From NCBI GenBank assembly GCA_050633305.1, contig JBOEGF010000022.1, forward strand, positions 128,001-192,000: 64,000 nucleotides of DNA, written 5' to 3'. Position 1 is the stretch's first letter; every line of letters begins with the position of its first letter. Source of the stretch: Nannocystales bacterium. GTDB taxonomy: Bacteria > Myxococcota_A > Polyangia > Nannocystales > Nannocystaceae. Below, in pieces: positions 1 to 12,538 of the stretch. The notes under the pieces are model-generated. The model was not told the DNA's origin, did not search any database, and worked only from the letters and a program-made list of their open reading frames with translations. A program made the translations under genes and the position numbers.

Positions 1-325
1 TGCGGGAGCGCTGGCCCGGTGGGGTGGCACGGGCCTTCTCGCGTTCGGCTCACGGCATCTCCGTGACGGCCAAAGCCGTTCCCGTCTGACCATCCGCCCC
101 AGCCTGCTTGGCGTCACGGGCCAGTTCTGATCGGCCTGCCCCGCGGGCTTTGCCGACCTCGATCAAGACGGCGTTTTCTCGACGCACGAGCGCGCAGGGG
201 CGGCGGACGACACAGCGTGAACGGGGACAGCCGGGCCCTACATCGACCGAGAACTCGAGTGGCCGGGGGCTCGATCCACAGCGAGCGAGGAAACGATTTC
301 CCCTCGGGCGGTACGACCACACCCG

Positions 326-1705
326 ATGCGCTCTCCAATCGTTGCTGCGGTGGCCCTGTCTCTGTTCCTCCCGATCTCGGGAGAGGCCGCCCCCAAGAAG
401 ACAAGTCCGTTTTCGCCCCACTCGAAGAACCCTCGACCCAGCCTCCCCACAACCCCGTCGCCGAGACCCACACTCAACCCGAAGACACGACCGCACCGGC
501 CGAGGCCGACCGCGCCAAGGATCGACCGTTCGAAGGTCTATCGCCCGTCCGTTCCTGTGACCGGTGACCTGTCATGCCGCCGTGGAGACCTCGACTGCAA
601 CCCGTGCACCACCGATGTACGCGGGCAGTTCGCCAAGATGCGGCGAGGCGAATCGAAGTGGAAGCGCAAGCCGTGGAGATTCGAGTGGGGCAAACGCTAC
701 GTGCCGGATGCGACGCGTCCCTATGAGGCCTTTGATGCGGACACCCACCTCGCCAACGTGGCCGGACTCTCTTCCGCCCACCCACAAGCCTTCATCCGCA
801 CGAACGAAGGGCCCGGCTGGTACGCCGGGACGCACAGTCAGAAGGAATCGGGGCGCCCCGGGACGGTGTTCGTCATCGACCAAGAGCGCAACGGAAAGAA
901 GCGATTGGTCGCGCTGCACCGAACGAAGACTCAGCACCCCAATGGGCTCCACGTGTTGGGCCGCTTTCTGCTGTTCGCCGAGCGTCCGAACTCGCGCAAC
1001 CCGGACGAGCTTCGGGTGATCGATCTTCGCCGTCGAACGACGCGGCAGAACATCACCCACTTGGTTCCCGAGGCGGTCGGAGAGTCGCGGGAGATGAAAC
1101 AGTTCGGTGGCGGCTTGGGCAGCGCAAAGCTCAGCGACGGAAGCTACTTGCTCATCTCCACCGTCCCTGGAAGCCGCAAGACTCGGACGGACGAAGGAGA
1201 CCGCAAACACCGATTCCATCAGTTCTACAACATGAGGGGCGACATCTCCGACCCCTCCGATCTCACGATTCGGTTCCTGGCCGAGCAACGCTTCTCACCC
1301 ACCCCCTCAGTTCCGCAGAAGTACGAGTTTTCCGAGAACCTGTCCGTCGTGACGGAGTGCACGACAGGAGACATCTACGCCATGCACTCTAGCGGCGATG
1401 ACGAGGCGGTCGATGGTCTAGAAGGCAGGGGCTACTGGCGCCTGTCCCAGCTCGTTCAACGAGACGGGGTCCCGCAGCTGGACCCCGTCGATGTGTTCGA
1501 ACTGAAGCAGCGGGCCCAAAGCTGCCACATGCGTTCGGCGGCCTCCGTCGGTGTGGCGCCCAACGGCAGGTTGGAGTTCCTCTGCCACCAGTACCGCAAG
1601 GACCCTGACCCCTCCGTCGTCGACGTGGTCAGTGGAAATATCTTCGGCGGCAACATCTCCGGCAACGACCACTGGAACTTCCGCGCGGGCGTCCCGAAGA
1701 ACTGA
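326..1705 (+). CDS. Secreted hypothetical protein (signal peptide, Pro/Arg-rich linker, Cys-containing beta-rich domain)
   Basis: 459-aa ORF with N-terminal hydrophobic signal (MRSPIVAAVALSLFLPISGEA) and GC-biased codons; no family motif recognised. Confidence 0.75.
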   Translation: MRSPIVAAVALSLFLPISGEAAPKKTSPFSPHSKNPRPSLPTTPSPRPTLNPKTRPHRPRPTAPRIDRSKVYRPSVPVTGDLSCRRGDLDCNPCTTDVRGQFAKMRRGESKWKRKPWRFEWGKRYVPDATRPYEAFDADTHLANVAGLSSAHPQAFIRTNEGPGWYAGTHSQKESGRPGTVFVIDQERNGKKRLVALHRTKTQHPNGLHVLGRFLLFAERPNSRNPDELRVIDLRRRTTRQNITHLVPEAVGESREMKQFGGGLGSAKLSDGSYLLISTVPGSRKTRTDEGDRKHRFHQFYNMRGDISDPSDLTIRFLAEQRFSPTPSVPQKYEFSENLSVVTECTTGDIYAMHSSGDDEAVDGLEGRGYWRLSQLVQRDGVPQLDPVDVFELKQRAQSCHMRSAASVGVAPNGRLEFLCHQYRKDPDPSVVDVVSGNIFGGNISGNDHWNFRAGVPKN

Positions 1706-1837
1706 GCGGCCACGGGACGGGGCGGCCAAGCGAAATGAAGTGGAAATTGGAGTGAGGCTGAGGTCGCGGAGGAGTGGGGGGGGCGCGCGAAAGGAGGGAG
1801 GAGAGCAGCGCGGTGGGGTTTCAAGACCGGCTGGGGT

Positions 1838-2857
1838 TTGAGAAGGTCGGCGCGGAGTCCTGTGGCCGTCTCATCACCATCTCGAGTTGCTGTGGGGTGC
1901 GCGGTCGCGCTGCAGCTGAGTTGTGCATCCAAGCCCGATGGACGGTCGGTGGCGACCGAAGGGAGCTCGAGCGACGGGCTACCAGGGACCACTGAGCAGG
2001 CCTCCGGGGCGACGGACACGGGGGGCGGCGACGGTTCGACCTCCACCGTGGGCTCCGAGATCTCGTCCACGGTGGCGGCTGAGAGTTCTTCGGGAGGCGT
2101 GGTTGCGACCGTCGTCGTGCACGGCCACCGCGGCGACCGGGGAAACGTTCCGCCGGGCAACACCCTGCCGTCGTTCTCGTCGGCGCTCGGGTACGGCGTG
2201 GATGTCCTCGAAGGCGACCTGCAGATCACCGATGAGGGATCGGTGGTGTTTGGTCATGACAACGACCTTCGCACTACGCCTTGTGCGTGGGCAGGCCGCG
2301 GGCCTTCGTCCTCGGCGCTGGTCTCCAACATGAGTGATGCCGAGCTGGCTCAATGGGACTGCCACCCGGAACTCGACGGGATCCAAGCTCCACCGCATCT
2401 GCATGAGGTTCTGGCGCTGAGCGAGAGCGTCGGCTTCAACCTCGAGCTCAAGCGCTGGGGGGCCGAGGCCGCCGACATCTACCTGCCCGCGTTGATCGCC
2501 CAGGACGAGGCCTGCGGAGGCTGTTTGGCGCCGCGGCTGATCGTGCAGTCATTCGACTGGATCGGCCTCGAACATGCGCATGACAGCTATGGCGCGACGT
2601 TCGAGGCTCGCCTCTCTCTATTGGCGCAGGCGCCTCGGCCCGACGAGTTGGCGGCCGCGGCTCGGTGGGCTCAGATCTGGTCGCCCAACCTGGACATCGC
2701 GACCGCGGCCGCGATCGAAGAGGCGCACGCGATGGGACTGCAGGTGGCGCCGTGGACGGTCAACGACGAGGCGGAGATGCAGCGCCTGATCGACGCTGGG
2801 GCGGACGCGATCATCACGGACTACCCCGACGTGCTGCTGGAGTTGCTCGGACGCTGA
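1838..2857 (+). CDS. Glycerophosphodiester phosphodiesterase (GDPD) lipoprotein
   Basis: HGHRG, EGDLQIT, NLELK, WTVND and IITDYP motifs; lipobox-like LSC followed by an S/T/G linker; exact start uncertain. Confidence 0.9.
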   Translation: MRRSARSPVAVSSPSRVAVGCAVALQLSCASKPDGRSVATEGSSSDGLPGTTEQASGATDTGGGDGSTSTVGSEISSTVAAESSSGGVVATVVVHGHRGDRGNVPPGNTLPSFSSALGYGVDVLEGDLQITDEGSVVFGHDNDLRTTPCAWAGRGPSSSALVSNMSDAELAQWDCHPELDGIQAPPHLHEVLALSESVGFNLELKRWGAEAADIYLPALIAQDEACGGCLAPRLIVQSFDWIGLEHAHDSYGATFEARLSLLAQAPRPDELAAAARWAQIWSPNLDIATAAAIEEAHAMGLQVAPWTVNDEAEMQRLIDAGADAIITDYPDVLLELLGR

Positions 2858-2872
2858 GGGAGTCGACCCAGC

Positions 2873-3333
2873 TTAGTCTGCGGCGGGGAGGGCGTTTTGC
2901 TTCTTGGCGCGCTGCCGGAGTTTCCAGCGCCGCCGCTTCGCGCCCAGCCAACCTTCCCCAGGCGCACGCCGTCGAACCTCGACGGTCCCCAGACGCACCC
3001 GCCCGGTGATCCGCAGGATTTGGTCCCAGCCCTCGGCGGCCGGCTCGGTGTCTTCTTCGTAGCTACCCAACAGGAGCTCGACCTCTTGGATGACGGCCCA
3101 CGTCGGGGGGATCGTGATGACGATGCTGCCGACGAGGACCTCGACATCGAAACACAGCTCGTCCACGTCGGGGAGGAGAGCATCGCGCAGGTCGAGGTTG
3201 ACCTCCGCGAACGTGGCCTTGACGAACGTCGTGCTCCCGGGCGTCCACGGACCCGTCCGCTTGGTCTCGGCGAACAGCGCCGAGATCTCGTCGGTGATGA
3301 CCCGGGCGGGGAGGTTGGAGGGAGGGGCCGACA

Positions 3334-3337
<4 letters not shown>
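2873..3337 (-). CDS. LiaF C-terminal-like (DUF1707-associated) domain protein
   Basis: KRTGPW...[13 protein letters not shown]...VGSIVITIP...[14 protein letters not shown] pattern; start overlaps the stop of the upstream peptidase. Confidence 0.7.
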
Positions 3338-5670
<2,333 letters not shown>

Positions 5671-5755
5671 GGCGGCGAGTCTTACAGCCGGCCGCCCCGG
5701 TGACAACGTCCTGCGCTTGCGCTGGGCCACGAATCGGGGCACAAACCGAGGCTAG

Positions 5756-6196
5756 ATGGGTTCGCTCGCCGACAAACTCACCGCACCTGAAGTCCGCCGC
5801 GATGTCGTCGAGGCCTTGTGCACCCTGGTGGAGGCCGAAGTCGACGGCAAGCGGGGCTTCTCCGGAGCCGCGATCAAGCTCGGCTACAAGGCCGTCAAGG
5901 CGCTCAAGCCCGGGTTTGTCGGGGGGGCCGTCAATGGCTTGCTTCCCGAGTTCGCGGACGCGATGCAGCCGCTGTACGACAAGAACGACGCGGATGCCGA
6001 CAAGTTCGCCAGCTACATCACGGCCAACGCGGCCGAGACGGCCGACCTCCTCCTGAAGGTGACGGACGGCAAGGCCGACGGGGCCAAGAACGCGACGATC
6101 AAGAAGACCTACGGAAAGCTACGAGGCTCAGCCAAGGACAACGTGCAGTCCGCGGTGCCTGGCCTGGCCAAGGCGCTTCGGCCCTTCCTGGGCTAG
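5756..6196 (+). CDS. Conserved hypothetical protein (DUF6918-like)
   Basis: EVDGKRGFSGAAIKLGYKAVK...LLPEF...LLKVTD...YGKLR pattern; strong codon bias. Confidence 0.75.
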   Translation: MGSLADKLTAPEVRRDVVEALCTLVEAEVDGKRGFSGAAIKLGYKAVKALKPGFVGGAVNGLLPEFADAMQPLYDKNDADADKFASYITANAAETADLLLKVTDGKADGAKNATIKKTYGKLRGSAKDNVQSAVPGLAKALRPFLG

Positions 6197-7774
6197 AGCA
6201 GATCGTCCGCGGCGCCGACCTGGGAGATCGCGGCCGGCTCAGGCGTGCCCGCCGACCCGTTCGCGGGAGACTCCGCCAGTTGCACGCGGTTGCGTCCGCC
6301 CGACTTCGCCGCATACAGGGCGTCGTCGGCCCGGCGCAGGACCATCTCCCACTTGTGGCCGTCGTCAGGCAGCGTCGCGACGCCGACCGAAATGGTGACG
6401 CCCATCTGGCTACGGACGATGTCAGCGCGGAGTTTCTCGGCTTGAGCTGCGGCATCGCGTTTGTTGCAGGAGGGCAGCGCAACGAGGAACTCTTCGCCGC
6501 CGTACCGACAAGCGATGTCCGACTCCCGAAAATGGGTCTGCAGGCGCGAGCCCAACTCTCTCAACGCCTGGTCGGCCGCTTGATGTCCGTGGCTATCGTT
6601 GAACTTCTTGAAGTGGTCGACGTCGATCATCAGAATCGACAATGGTGAGTCGTCCCGCTTGGCGCGTGCGGTCTCACGGGCCATCGAAGCCTCCATGTGC
6701 CGTCGGTTGAACAAGCCCGTCAGTGGGTCGCGGAGCGCCAGCCGACTGAGGGATTCCCGAAGGTTGAGGTTGCTGACCGCGAGGGCGGAGCTGATCCGCG
6801 ATCGCTTTCCCCGCCCGTTCCACCCCGTCGCGTTCCGATCTCTGCAGCGGAGCGGAGCCACAGACCGAAATGAGGCCGATCGACTGCCCGTGCGCCGACA
6901 TCGGAATGCACATGTGCCACGACCCGTGCTCGACGTGATCGCAGCGGGGGAAGGGAGGGGTATCGCCGTTGTCTCCGGCATAGTGCGTTTGGGAGCGGCG
7001 AAGCCCCCAGCACTCCTCGGGTGTGAATCGGAGCGTGTTGTCGTCGCGCCCCCAGTGGGCCTTGCGGACAAGGCCATCTCGAGAGGAGCGGGTAAGGAAG
7101 ACGGAGACGGCGGACAGCCCGGGGCCACAGGGGATGAGGTTCTCGCCAAAGCTTGCGACGATTTGATGGGCCTCGTCCGCTGTGACGGCGTGCTGCAACA
7201 GCGACGACATCTCGCTGAGGAGCCCCATCTCGTAGCGGTAACGTTGCAGTTCTGCGACCCGGTCGCGAAGCTCGGACTCCTGTTTCTTGCGCTCGGTGAT
7301 GTCGACGATCGAGGCGAGGACGAAGCGCTCGCCATTGTCGCTGAACGGGTTGAGGCCGATCTCGATTGCGATCTCGGTTCCGTCGCGCCGAACCCCGCGG
7401 AGGTCTTGGTCCTGGTTTCGGCCCATCAATCTCGTCTTGGGGTCGTCCAAGAACTGCTGCATGAGGCGGGGGTGTCCGGGTCGGTATCGCTCCGGCACGA
7501 GCTTTTCGACCCGCTGCCCGATGAGCTCTGCGCGGCCGTATCCGAACATCGACTCGACTTGGCGGTTGACCATCGCGATCGACCCGGACGCGTCCACCAT
7601 CAGCAAACCCGTCGGAGAGGCCTCCACACCCAGGCGGTAGTGATTCGACGAGATCTGGCCCGTCCCCACCTTGGGCGGCGCATGGGTCTGTTCGTCCAAG
7701 GGCGAGTCCTGCTCCACGGCGACGCCCGAGAACGGGCAGCTGCCCGCCGATGAACTATGCCCCGCGTCGGCCAT
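6193..7774 (-). pseudogene. PAS-GAF-GGDEF diguanylate cyclase interrupted by a +1 frameshift near 6787-6788 (pseudogene or assembly error)
   Basis: ORF 6674..7774 holds PAS/GAF ending IADQL; ORF 6193..7335 holds ALAVSNLNLRESL...RDPLTGLFNRR...RYGGEEF; removing one G at 6787/6788 joins them in frame. Confidence 0.85.
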
Positions 7775-7860
7775 CAGGGTTCTTATGGGCTCCAGCAGAT
7801 ACGGAGGCGAGGCCTAGACTGGGACGGCGTTCACGCTCCGGCGTTTTGCGTGGTGGGGTG

Positions 7861-9183
7861 CTACCGGAGGTTCGCCACGTAGGTGTCGGTCACCGTCTGT
7901 CGTAGCGACACCTCTGTGCCTGACGTGACGATCTTGGAGTTCACGAAGAGGCACAGCTCCATGTCTTCGGGCAGAAACACGGCGACGCTCTGCTCGAGCC
8001 GACCATCGCCAGGTCCCCATGCGCCGTTCTTGTTGTACAGCCTCCCGGCGGGGGTGGTGATGCGCTGATCGATGCCGAGGTTCTTGTTGAGGAAGTCCGA
8101 GACCTCTGAGGTCGGCACGATGGTCCCCGAGCGCCGGAATGTGCCCATGACATCGAGCACCTCGCTGACCGACATCCGGAACCCCGCGCCGCCGCTGACC
8201 GTCGTGAGGTCGCCAGAGTCCCAGCCGGATCCGCCGGCGGGGTTGTAGGCGAGGGCATCCCCTGCCGCGGGCTTGAACCCCACGTCGGGCACCCCACTGG
8301 GGCCGAAGATGTACCGGTTGCAGTACTCCCGGAACCGGATCGTACTGCGGACATCCCAGATGTGGTCGGTGGAGGTCCCATGGGTATCGCTCTCGTTGAT
8401 CCAGCCGTGCAACACGGGGATCAGCACGCGACACAGGGCGAAGTTGACGTTCTCGTAGCCATACTTCCCGTGCGTGGAGGCGACGCCCTGGGCGACCTTG
8501 GATTTCATCGTCGCGAAGTCTGTCGCAGAGCCGGGGACGCGGAACCCTGTGGTGTGGTTGAGGAGTTGCCGGAACGTGATGTCTTTGACCTTGGCGCCCA
8601 GTGTCCAGTAATCCGGGAGGTAGTCGTAGATGCGATCGGTGAGGTTGCGGTTGGCGCCGCGCAGCTTGTGCACCATGGCCATCGCGGTGAACAGCTTGCT
8701 CACCGAGGCGATGTGCATTCGGGTGTCCATGGTCCAGCCTTGGCCGCCGTTGGTCGGGGTGCGGCCCCACTGCCAAAGCCCGTTGTGCACGACCGTGCCG
8801 CCACGTCGCAGTTGCCACGCGTAGCCCTGGACCGAGTTGGCCAGCTTTGCATGGAGGGCGGGCCCAAACGCATCGATGTCGAGCCTCGGCGCCTTGTCGA
8901 TCTCGCGGAGGGGGCGGCCGAGCTTGACGCGGCGCAGCTTGGCCGAGACACCGGTGTCGGTCACGACCCCGCGGGTGTGGGCGGGACGAATGACGTGGGT
9001 CTTGGCCAGTCGGGCGGTGTTCCGGTCGATCTTCGTGACCTTCGCGGTGCGCGGACGGACCGCCGGCTTCCGCGAGCTGGGCCGAGCGGGGCCGAGCTTG
9101 GGTGCGGCCCCCGCAATTCGGGCGTGGGCGAGAACCGCAGCGGCTGGAAGGCCGGCCATGAAGAAGCGTCGGGTGCGTTTCAT
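7861..9183 (-). CDS. Serine hydrolase, beta-lactamase class C-like family, Tat-exported
   Basis: SVSK (SxxK), LLNHTTG, YEN (YxN) and NKNG motifs; TRRFF twin-arginine signal. Confidence 0.88.
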   Translation of the reverse strand: MKRTRRFFMAGLPAAAVLAHARIAGAAPKLGPARPSSRKPAVRPRTAKVTKIDRNTARLAKTHVIRPAHTRGVVTDTGVSAKLRRVKLGRPLREIDKAPRLDIDAFGPALHAKLANSVQGYAWQLRRGGTVVHNGLWQWGRTPTNGGQGWTMDTRMHIASVSKLFTAMAMVHKLRGANRNLTDRIYDYLPDYWTLGAKVKDITFRQLLNHTTGFRVPGSATDFATMKSKVAQGVASTHGKYGYENVNFALCRVLIPVLHGWINESDTHGTSTDHIWDVRSTIRFREYCNRYIFGPSGVPDVGFKPAAGDALAYNPAGGSGWDSGDLTTVSGGAGFRMSVSEVLDVMGTFRRSGTIVPTSEVSDFLNKNLGIDQRITTPAGRLYNKNGAWGPGDGRLEQSVAVFLPEDMELCLFVNSKIVTSGTEVSLRQTVTDTYVANLR

Positions 9184-9245
9184 CGATCAGATGGATGCAC
9201 AGCTGGAGCTTTGTGACGCGCCGCCGAGTCGATCTTGGTGAGCCG

Positions 9246-10655
9246 TCAGATCAAGGCGCCCAGGACAGCGAACGCGACGGCTGCGACCGCGCCCCCGAGC
9301 AGGGCGTAGGGCAGCTGTGTACGGACATGCTGAATATGATCCGTCGCCGCGGAGAGCGAGGCTACGATGGTGGTGTCGCTGATCGGGGAGCAGTGGTCGC
9401 CGAACACGCCGCCTGCAAGTGATGCGGCGATGAACGGTTCCAGCGGCAGACCCATGGAAGCAGCGGTCGGAACGGCGATCGGGAGCATGATCGCGAACGT
9501 GCCCCAGCTCGAGCCGATCGAGAATGCGACACCGGCCCCGACGACGAACAGGACCGGGAGCAAGACAAAGGTCGGCATCGAGCCAGCGGCGAGTCGCGCG
9601 AGGTAGAGTCCCGTGCCGAGTTCCTTGGCAAGCCCCCCGAGGGCCAACGCGAGCACCAGAATGATGGCGAGCGGAAGCAGGGCACCCGCGCCTTCGAGTG
9701 CGCGGCGGGTGAGCCTGTCGACACTGAGTGCGCCTTGAACCAGCAACATGACCCACGCGGTCGCGAGGGCTCCCGAGGCGGCCCACAGGACGCTGGTAGA
9801 CCCCGAGCCTTTCATGATGTCGCCCTCGCCCGTGACCCACAGGGCAAGCGGCATCGCGGCGACCAGGACGGCAATGGGGACCAGCATGTTGCGCGCCCGC
9901 GGCTCGATCTTCAGCTGCGGGTCGAGCTTTGCTCCGTCGTCGGCCAACGGATGCGAGCCTTCCGCGTGGAGTCTGCCATCGGCGACCCGAGCTTGTGCGG
10001 CTTTCATTGGGCCCAGGTCGATGTTCCACAGGATCGTGGCGACCGCCAGTGCAACCGCCGCCAGCGCGTAGAAGTTGTAGAGCAGTGATCCCAAGAACAC
10101 GCCCAACGCATCCGGGACGCCCAGCCCCTCGAGCAAGCTGAGGTTGTACGCGCCCCATGCGTTGAGAGGGATCAGGATGCAGACCGGCGCGGACGTGGAA
10201 TCGATAATGTAGGCGAGCTTCTCGCGCGAGATCTTGAACCGGTCGAACAGCGGACGGGCGACGGTCCCCGCAACAAGCACTGTCACGTTGGATTCGACGA
10301 AAATCACCACACCCAGGGTCCACGCGAGGAGCTGCGCTCGGCGAGGTGTGCCGACCCATGAGCGCTCCTCGAGGCGATTGACGAATCCCGTCACGCCCCC
10401 TGTGGCCTCCAGGGTTGTGATGAGGGCACCGACGACCAATGTGAACAGAACCACCCGCGCATCGCCGGCGCTTCCGAGGACTGAGACGAGGCGCTCGAGA
10501 CTCGCACCAAGACCCGCGAGGGGATCGAGGCCGGTCAGGAACGTGGAGCCAAGCCAGATGCCGGCGCCCAACGATAGGTACACCTGCCGGGTGACGATCG
10601 CCATGAGGATGGCGAGGACCGGTGGCAGTACGGAGATCCAGGACGGGTCGTCCAC
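9246..10655 (-). CDS. Na+/H+ antiporter NhaC-family transporter
   Basis: ISREKLAYIIDSTSAP, GSSWGTFAIM, GDHCSPISDTT and HVRTQLPYA motifs; many TM segments; GGAGG upstream of the GTG. Confidence 0.92.
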   Translation of the reverse strand: MDDPSWISVLPPVLAILMAIVTRQVYLSLGAGIWLGSTFLTGLDPLAGLGASLERLVSVLGSAGDARVVLFTLVVGALITTLEATGGVTGFVNRLEERSWVGTPRRAQLLAWTLGVVIFVESNVTVLVAGTVARPLFDRFKISREKLAYIIDSTSAPVCILIPLNAWGAYNLSLLEGLGVPDALGVFLGSLLYNFYALAAVALAVATILWNIDLGPMKAAQARVADGRLHAEGSHPLADDGAKLDPQLKIEPRARNMLVPIAVLVAAMPLALWVTGEGDIMKGSGSTSVLWAASGALATAWVMLLVQGALSVDRLTRRALEGAGALLPLAIILVLALALGGLAKELGTGLYLARLAAGSMPTFVLLPVLFVVGAGVAFSIGSSWGTFAIMLPIAVPTAASMGLPLEPFIAASLAGGVFGDHCSPISDTTIVASLSAATDHIQHVRTQLPYALLGGAVAAVAFAVLGALI

Positions 10656-11613
10656 TGCCCTCCACTATAGGCGAGGGCGCCGAAGCTGCTCCACCGCAGG
10701 TCTGCGGGTTCAGCTCTCTCGGACGCGAAGGGGCGCGACACCGGCACAGCTGAGCTCCTAGCGGCAGCGCAGGCTGCGGTACCCCGTCGACAGAACCCGT
10801 CTCAGGCGGAGGTCTGATGCCGGTGGCGTACCCGAGCTCGGGGCCACGGAAGCCCGAGCGGACAGACGCCGGGCTCCGGGGTCTGTGCTCCGTGGCTGGC
10901 GGGCCCGCGCCCGAGGGCTTTGACTTGCAGCCCGCGCACCCCGACCTTCCATCCTGGCTGTGTACGCGGGCACCCAGTGACCCGGGCCGTCTTCGGCTGC
11001 TGCTCTTGGCCGCGCTCCGTTTCGAGGAGCGCGCACCAACACGGTGGAGCAGGAATCCGCATCGAGTGAACCCCGCTCGCGAATCCGATGACGACCTTCC
11101 TCATCGTCGACGAGGCGAGCGACTCGGACAGCGGTTTGGACAATCCGCCTGAAGGCACATTGCCGGTTCCTGCCACCGGGTGTGGGAATCGAAGAACCGT
11201 CGGCCGTCCGATTCGCGAGAGAGGCAGGGGGTGTTCGCCGCATCTTTAGAGATACGAATCGGGGGCACCGGGAGCGGGGAAGAGGGGATCCTTTGAGGGG
11301 ACCACGAGCCCATTCGCCAAACATCCTGCTCCTGTGGACTGGTCAGACCCGCCAGCGGCTGCGCGGGTTGCCCTGTTTTCTCATCAGCCCCCGGCCGGAC
11401 ATTGTGGATAGAGCGAGTTCCGGCCGGCTTGCTCGGTGTCCGGAAACCGAACATTTGGGCCCGGCCGGCTGTTTGAGCATTGCAGAATCCGCGATGGCGC
11501 ACCCCGGGATGTCAACTGCGGACATCTATAAAGAAGGTAGGATTGAGCTGCGCCGACCGGCCGGTTTGGGAGCGCCGCGATTTCACGAATACGAGAAACG
11601 TCTCATTCACGTG

Positions 11614-11637
11614 CCCATATTTTGGTCAAGATATGGG
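11614..11637. promoter_or_regulatory. Near-perfect 24-bp palindrome, candidate transcription-factor operator
   Basis: CCCATATTTTG-GT-CAAGATATGGG (one mismatch) in an AT-rich non-coding stretch. Confidence 0.4.
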
Positions 11638-12538
11638 TGGATAAATTCTCTCATTCGGCTACAACGGCATACATGGAAACGTTGTTCCGTCGCCTCCAGC
11701 GACTTCGTGCTGAAACGCCGCGCATCTCACGTGGCTTCAGTACGTCGTTCGGCGCACGGAACCGAGGAGATAGAAAAAAGTTTTCTGTTTCGCGAAGGTT
11801 GCGGTCCGCAAACGCCATAGAGGTGGGTCTCGCTCCTACTCTCATGAACGAATGCGAGCCCACCGGCCTGGTTTCAGCCTCCTTTTGTGTGCTGTCCACC
11901 TATTCCTTCGCGCAGGAGATCGACGAAAAATCCGTGGGCCGATCCCGCCGATTCGTGTCCTCCCTCGACCTTCTTCGATGCCGGCCGACTGGGCCATCGG
12001 GTTCGGCCGAAACTACCGAAACCGACACTTCGGCTCGACAGATAAGCGGTGCTGAAAAATGGGCGAGCGCCGAGGCTCCATCCGAGCTCGACGTCCGCAA
12101 GGCCCGCAAGGGCGGGGCAGATGTTCATCGTCTCCTCGCCTGTCCATGCTCTTTTCAACCAACCCGTCCGGCTGTCGCTTGGGCGGGTTCTCGTGTGTTC
12201 GGGGATTGTTCATTCTCAGGCTCATCAGCCGAGGAATGCTCTCCTTCTAATCCTGGGGTGCCGACGAGGTACCCACCAACAGAATCGCTTTAGTGCAGGT
12301 TGCCATCACTTTGCAGCAGTCACTAAACCGATCCTGATTGCCTGATTCGAATCGGGCCCGAGCCCGGCCGCGCCGTGGTTCGAGCTTCCCGTGCCAGGGG
12401 TTCGAAACAGACGTCCGTTGTCTACCCAAACTACGGCCAGATGGCGTGGTCTAGGCGGTTGCGGCCTTGTTTTCAGGCGTTTGGGTGTTCGGGCGGTGTC
12501 AGTTCAGTCACCCGTCCTCGGTGCTTATCGGAGTCGTC

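Noticed and set aside
50..496. Minus-strand ORF at the window start
   Set aside because: Arg-rich composition, no motif, and it overlaps the better-supported 326..1705 gene.
11182..12293. ORFs of 212 and 223 aa in the first long intergenic region
   Set aside because: They lack codon bias, an RBS and motifs; composition looks like non-coding translation.
12377..12405. Two GGTTCGA (T-loop-like) motifs suggesting tRNA
   Set aside because: No T-stem closure, cloverleaf or acceptor stem could be built.
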